Of a stretch of 64,000 bases of DNA, positions 60,615 to 64,000 are shown one piece after another. Under the pieces are notes generated by a model. That model was not told the origin of the DNA and made no database searches. It saw nothing but the letters and a program-made list of their open reading frames with translations. Origin of the DNA: Picochlorum sp. SENEW3 (taxonomy: Eukaryota); NCBI GenBank assembly GCA_034226945.1, contig CP120460.1, forward strand, positions 1-64,000, in the 5' to 3' direction. Positions within the stretch are counted from its first letter, which is position 1. Every line of letters begins with the position of its first letter. Made by a program: the position numbers and the translations under genes.

Positions 60615-61910
60615 ATGTCGATAATGAACCTGCATCGAGGGCATCGTCTGCCTTGTCCGTCGCTACCTAGACACTCGGTTTCTCCGCAGACACGAGTTGG
60701 TGACAGCGCCCTCAATAGACGCAGATTTGAAAGTAGTATCTATGTGACATGTGTGAGTAGGCAGCATGTGAATGCCTCTTCTAAATCTCAGGCAGAACTT
60801 GTGGTAGAAAAGGGCCTGGAACTGTTCGGAGAAGGACAAGCTGACAAGGCCCTGCAGGAGTTTTTACGGGCTCAGACGCTGAATCCTACCGAGGATGAAA
60901 TGCGAGCAGCTGTATACAATTCGGCGTGTGCGTATGTAAAGCTGAAACGATGGCAGGATGCCTCAGAGACATTGCAGAGGGCAATCAACGACTATGATGT
61001 TAAATTGTCAGTGGCGCTGAAGGATGACGACTTGTCTCAACTACGAGATCGCAAGGAATGGAACGATCTTTTAGGAAAAGTCGCGGGTGGAATAGGCAAC
61101 GAAGGATATGCAAAGCTGAGAGCAGAAGCATCCTCTCCCTTTCAGCTCTTCAGGCTGTTTGTGTTTGGAGGACTATCAGCTGGAGCCTCCCTTGGCTTTC
61201 TCGTAAGCTCGGCAAGGCTGGTGGCAGCTTTCAATGGAGTCTATGAGCTCGAAGAAACGGCTAAAACGTTCGGTATCAACGTAGCCTGCGTAGTTGCATT
61301 TGGGTTCCTCTTTGTGAGAGAATTGAATTCTCGACAAAAGAACGTCAAAATGGCCGAGAAGGAAGAAAACCTGTCGATGCTGCAAGTCTCTGTCTCAAAA
61401 GATGGGGATCGAACTGTCCCTATCGCAGCGTTCAGAGGGGTGTACCGGCCCATCATCATCGCAGGAAGTAGAGGTCAGGTGCGAAAGTCCCTGGCAAAAG
61501 CTGCGGAATATGCCAGTCTTTTTGTGACTCGGGGTATCGTTGTCATCCCTGTTATATTGAATGACGAGGATATTGACGAGAAGTTACAGCAGTTGAAAGA
61601 CGATCAGAAACAATCCAAAGGATTTACAGTACAGGCAAAAAACGAAGCAGAACAACAGCCAAAGCGTTCCAAGTGGAAACTGTTTCCACATGACATTGAT
61701 GAATGGAAAAACTGGGTGAGAAGCCTCGGTGTGGATGATAGTGGCGCAATGACCCAAATATACGCCCAGGTTCAAATGGATGGCGTGATCAAGTCAAGTG
61801 GTATTGGCGCCCCTCCATTCGACAAACTCATTGCAGACACTCCAGAGCTTGACTCACTTCAGACGCGACTCACCGATGGACGAGGCATTGCAAATCAGGC
61901 AAAAAATTAA
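60615..61910 (+). CDS. LPA1: Low PSII accumulation 1-like (TPR plus DUF3493)
   Basis: AAVYNSACAY (TPR), KLRAEASSPF..FRLF, two TMs, RPIIIAG and DGVIKSSGIGAPP. Confidence 0.87.
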   Translation: MSIMNLHRGHRLPCPSLPRHSVSPQTRVGDSALNRRRFESSIYVTCVSRQHVNASSKSQAELVVEKGLELFGEGQADKALQEFLRAQTLNPTEDEMRAAVYNSACAYVKLKRWQDASETLQRAINDYDVKLSVALKDDDLSQLRDRKEWNDLLGKVAGGIGNEGYAKLRAEASSPFQLFRLFVFGGLSAGASLGFLVSSARLVAAFNGVYELEETAKTFGINVACVVAFGFLFVRELNSRQKNVKMAEKEENLSMLQVSVSKDGDRTVPIAAFRGVYRPIIIAGSRGQVRKSLAKAAEYASLFVTRGIVVIPVILNDEDIDEKLQQLKDDQKQSKGFTVQAKNEAEQQPKRSKWKLFPHDIDEWKNWVRSLGVDDSGAMTQIYAQVQMDGVIKSSGIGAPPFDKLIADTPELDSLQTRLTDGRGIANQAKN

Positions 61911-62536
61911 AACCCATATCGTAGATCTTTCTGTCCCACGGATGCTAAAAGAGAGGGATCCACAAATGAAGGAGCACCAGGGGCTTGCACTGCCTCGCCT
62001 GGCAAGGCCAATGCATTGCCCGACGCGTCCGTCAACCTCTTCAGCCGCATATTATCTTCTGGAAGAATACCTTCATTTGCCTGGTTCGCCACAATATTAA
62101 TATTTCTGTACTCTTTTGGCTTTGCCGCTTCTAGTAACTCTGGGTCAGGAGGAGGCCCAGGCAAGCGTGTGTGCTTAAATCTGCACGCCGGCCCATAAAT
62201 GCAAAAACCTAGCTTATACATATTACACTCCTTTATCTCTTCCGTTGAATGCTTATACGGGCAGTCAGGCTCCTTGCATGTCCCATACTTTAGCAAATTT
62301 CGACACACAGGCATTTTGTTCGGGTCGAACTCGTGCAGAAAACCGCACGTATCGCCCTTCATACACAAACCACGCAGCCAATATGTACAAACTGTCTGTC
62401 TATAATTGCGTGGCTTGCCAACAGCGACAGCCGGTGCTGCACCCTCATCTTTCTGAGCAGCCTGCTCATGCTGTGGGGCACTTGCGTGGTCTTGCAGCGT
62501 CTGCTCAAAATCAAACGTTATATCTTCGTCATCCAT
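61907..62536 (-). CDS. CPSF30: Cleavage and polyadenylation specificity factor 30 (three CCCH fingers)
   Basis: RQTVCTYWLRGLCMKGDTCGFLH, MPVC..CKEPDCPYKH and ECNMYKLGFCIYGPACRFKH. Confidence 0.93.
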   Translation of the reverse strand: MDDEDITFDFEQTLQDHASAPQHEQAAQKDEGAAPAVAVGKPRNYRQTVCTYWLRGLCMKGDTCGFLHEFDPNKMPVCRNLLKYGTCKEPDCPYKHSTEEIKECNMYKLGFCIYGPACRFKHTRLPGPPPDPELLEAAKPKEYRNINIVANQANEGILPEDNMRLKRLTDASGNALALPGEAVQAPGAPSFVDPSLLASVGQKDLRYGF

Positions 62537-62701
62537 ATTTCTATAATGTAATTAAATACTATAGTTTATTTGATAATAATAATGCCGCGGTGCTGCTCCC
62601 ACCACGAATCAGTCAATAGCACTTGTGATTTGAGAATCTTCAAGGATGAAAAACTTTCGATATTCTTCTGAAAGGCCCCAGTGCTATGTCGATGGTATGA
62701 T

Positions 62702-63691
62702 ATGAATCAAGACGTGTTGCGGGAAATCAAGGTGATTGCTGCCGTCTCAATATGGTTCACACTGCTGATCCTGGTGGTCGTTTGGGTGCTGGCGACATTG
62801 GTCCTGGCGATTTTTTTCCCACTCTTGGGGTTTCCAAACCTTTTTATAATTATTGTATCCCTACTCATACCTTTGGATGTACCGTGTCCTCTCGTGATTT
62901 CTTGGTTCATGGCCTACAGCATAAAGGCATTTGAGGAGTTCCTGCCAGTGAAGGTTTTATGTGAAGATGGCGGGAGTTTCGGTGATAATGGGCCTTACAT
63001 GATTGCGTATGAGCCTCATGGCGTGCTGCCTCAAGGGATGTGCACATTTTGTCACGTTGAGAAGCCAGCAGGAATGAAAATTCCCAAGAACTTGGACGGT
63101 GCGGCAATTCTTGTCTCAGATGGGATTTTCTACATCCCGCTGTTGCGACATTTGTTTTGGTGGCTGGGTTGTAGGCCAGTGTCGCGTTCGTCCATGGAGT
63201 GTCTGCTGGACGGAGGCAGCTCCGTGGCTTTATGCCCAGGAGGAGTTCATGAATGTTTGCTGATGGAGCATACCGTGGAATCTGTGTATTTGAAACGAAG
63301 GAGAGGTTTTATACACTTGGCCATGCAGAAAGGAGCAGCTGTCGTTCCTTGTTTTGGGATAGGTCAGAGTGATCTCTACAAATACTGGAGGCCACTGTAT
63401 GATCCCCCGACACGTTCATTTGCCAGACACATGTTTACGAGGCTGTCCAGGAGTCTTGGCTTCGCCCCGATGCTGGCCTGGGGCCAATATGGAACCCCCG
63501 TGCCATACAGAAATCAACTTACGATCGTGATCGGTAGACCAATCAAAATGCCGAGAATACCAGACATTCAAATTGATGATGCACGTGTCGAGGAGATGTT
63601 GGATGCTTTTATCGACAAATTGAGACACGTCCATCGTTTCGGACTGAATTCTCTTGGAATACCTCATGAAAAACCCTTGATTATATATTGA
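62702..63691 (+). CDS. DGAT2: Diacylglycerol acyltransferase type 2 (DGAT2/DGTT)
   Basis: N-terminal TMs, YEPHGVLP, PGGVHE, RRGFIHLA...VVPCF and VIGRPI. Confidence 0.92.
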   Translation: MNQDVLREIKVIAAVSIWFTLLILVVVWVLATLVLAIFFPLLGFPNLFIIIVSLLIPLDVPCPLVISWFMAYSIKAFEEFLPVKVLCEDGGSFGDNGPYMIAYEPHGVLPQGMCTFCHVEKPAGMKIPKNLDGAAILVSDGIFYIPLLRHLFWWLGCRPVSRSSMECLLDGGSSVALCPGGVHECLLMEHTVESVYLKRRRGFIHLAMQKGAAVVPCFGIGQSDLYKYWRPLYDPPTRSFARHMFTRLSRSLGFAPMLAWGQYGTPVPYRNQLTIVIGRPIKMPRIPDIQIDDARVEEMLDAFIDKLRHVHRFGLNSLGIPHEKPLIIY

Positions 63692-63929
63692 ACAGAGACG
63701 CTGTCAATGCAGGAAGATGGTACCTCAGGAAAAAAAAAACAAAAAACCTACGTTAGCAGGAATGAAATGCCCATGAATCGACTGAAATGTCACGAACAAG
63801 GCTTTGGGCAGTGATAAATAATCATAGGCATCGGATGAAACAGAAACTGATGTGATGGCGAGCGCGGGTGGATAGCAAAAGGACTGAAGAAGGCCGACGC
63901 CAGTGTCCACGTATTTATAAAGTGTAAAA

Positions 63930-64000
63930 AATTACTCCCCGTAATTGGATCATCGCATCCAGCCAGACAGCTGGGGGTCCCGTGTTCGAACCACGGTAGA
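63930..64000 (+). tRNA. tRNA-like sequence truncated by the window end; isotype unresolved
   Basis: T-arm CCGTG-TTCGAAC-CACGG, anticodon-like stem CCAGC/GCTGG with a 6-nt loop, D-loop-like TAATTGGA and upstream TATTTATAA. An acceptor stem cannot be verified. Confidence 0.45.

Overview
This is eukaryotic nuclear DNA from a very compact chlorophyte genome. A Picochlorum-like trebouxiophyte is my inference, from the plastid-targeted genes, TGTAA poly(A) signals, short GT-AG introns and about 31 genes in 46 kb. The window opens with an untrimmed Oxford Nanopore adapter and two CCCTATA telomere-like units. Positions ~32-17,800 are a gene-poor, subtelomere-like patchwork: A/C-skewed low-complexity segmental duplications, a 153-bp tandem satellite with a GC gradient, a dispersed ~35-bp motif in both orientations, a degenerate Mutator-like element (7847-10885; long TIRs, 9-bp TSD), and a very young Ty3/Gypsy LTR retrotransposon (10994-16871; two 332-bp LTRs identical by eye, 5-bp TSD, a frameshift inside the protease, no chromodomain). 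From ~17,975 to the end are tightly packed housekeeping genes, including HDAC, FtsHi3-like, NASP, GSK3, DSS1, SMC6, SR45, BET3, RAB6, a phosphate carrier, CUL3, ClpR2, plastid IF2, RRP41, LPA1, CPSF30 and DGAT2, plus two large multidomain surface proteins. Non-coding signals missed by the ORF track are an intronic double-guide C/D snoRNA in the IF2 intron, a candidate H/ACA snoRNA in the phosphate-carrier intron, a ~124-nt switch-like stem-loop after the aldo-keto reductase stop codon, and an atypical tRNA-like sequence cut by the window end. I found no firm evidence for a wholly new system. The best candidates are the structured 3' RNA element and the chromodomain-less retroelement with its nested insertion site.
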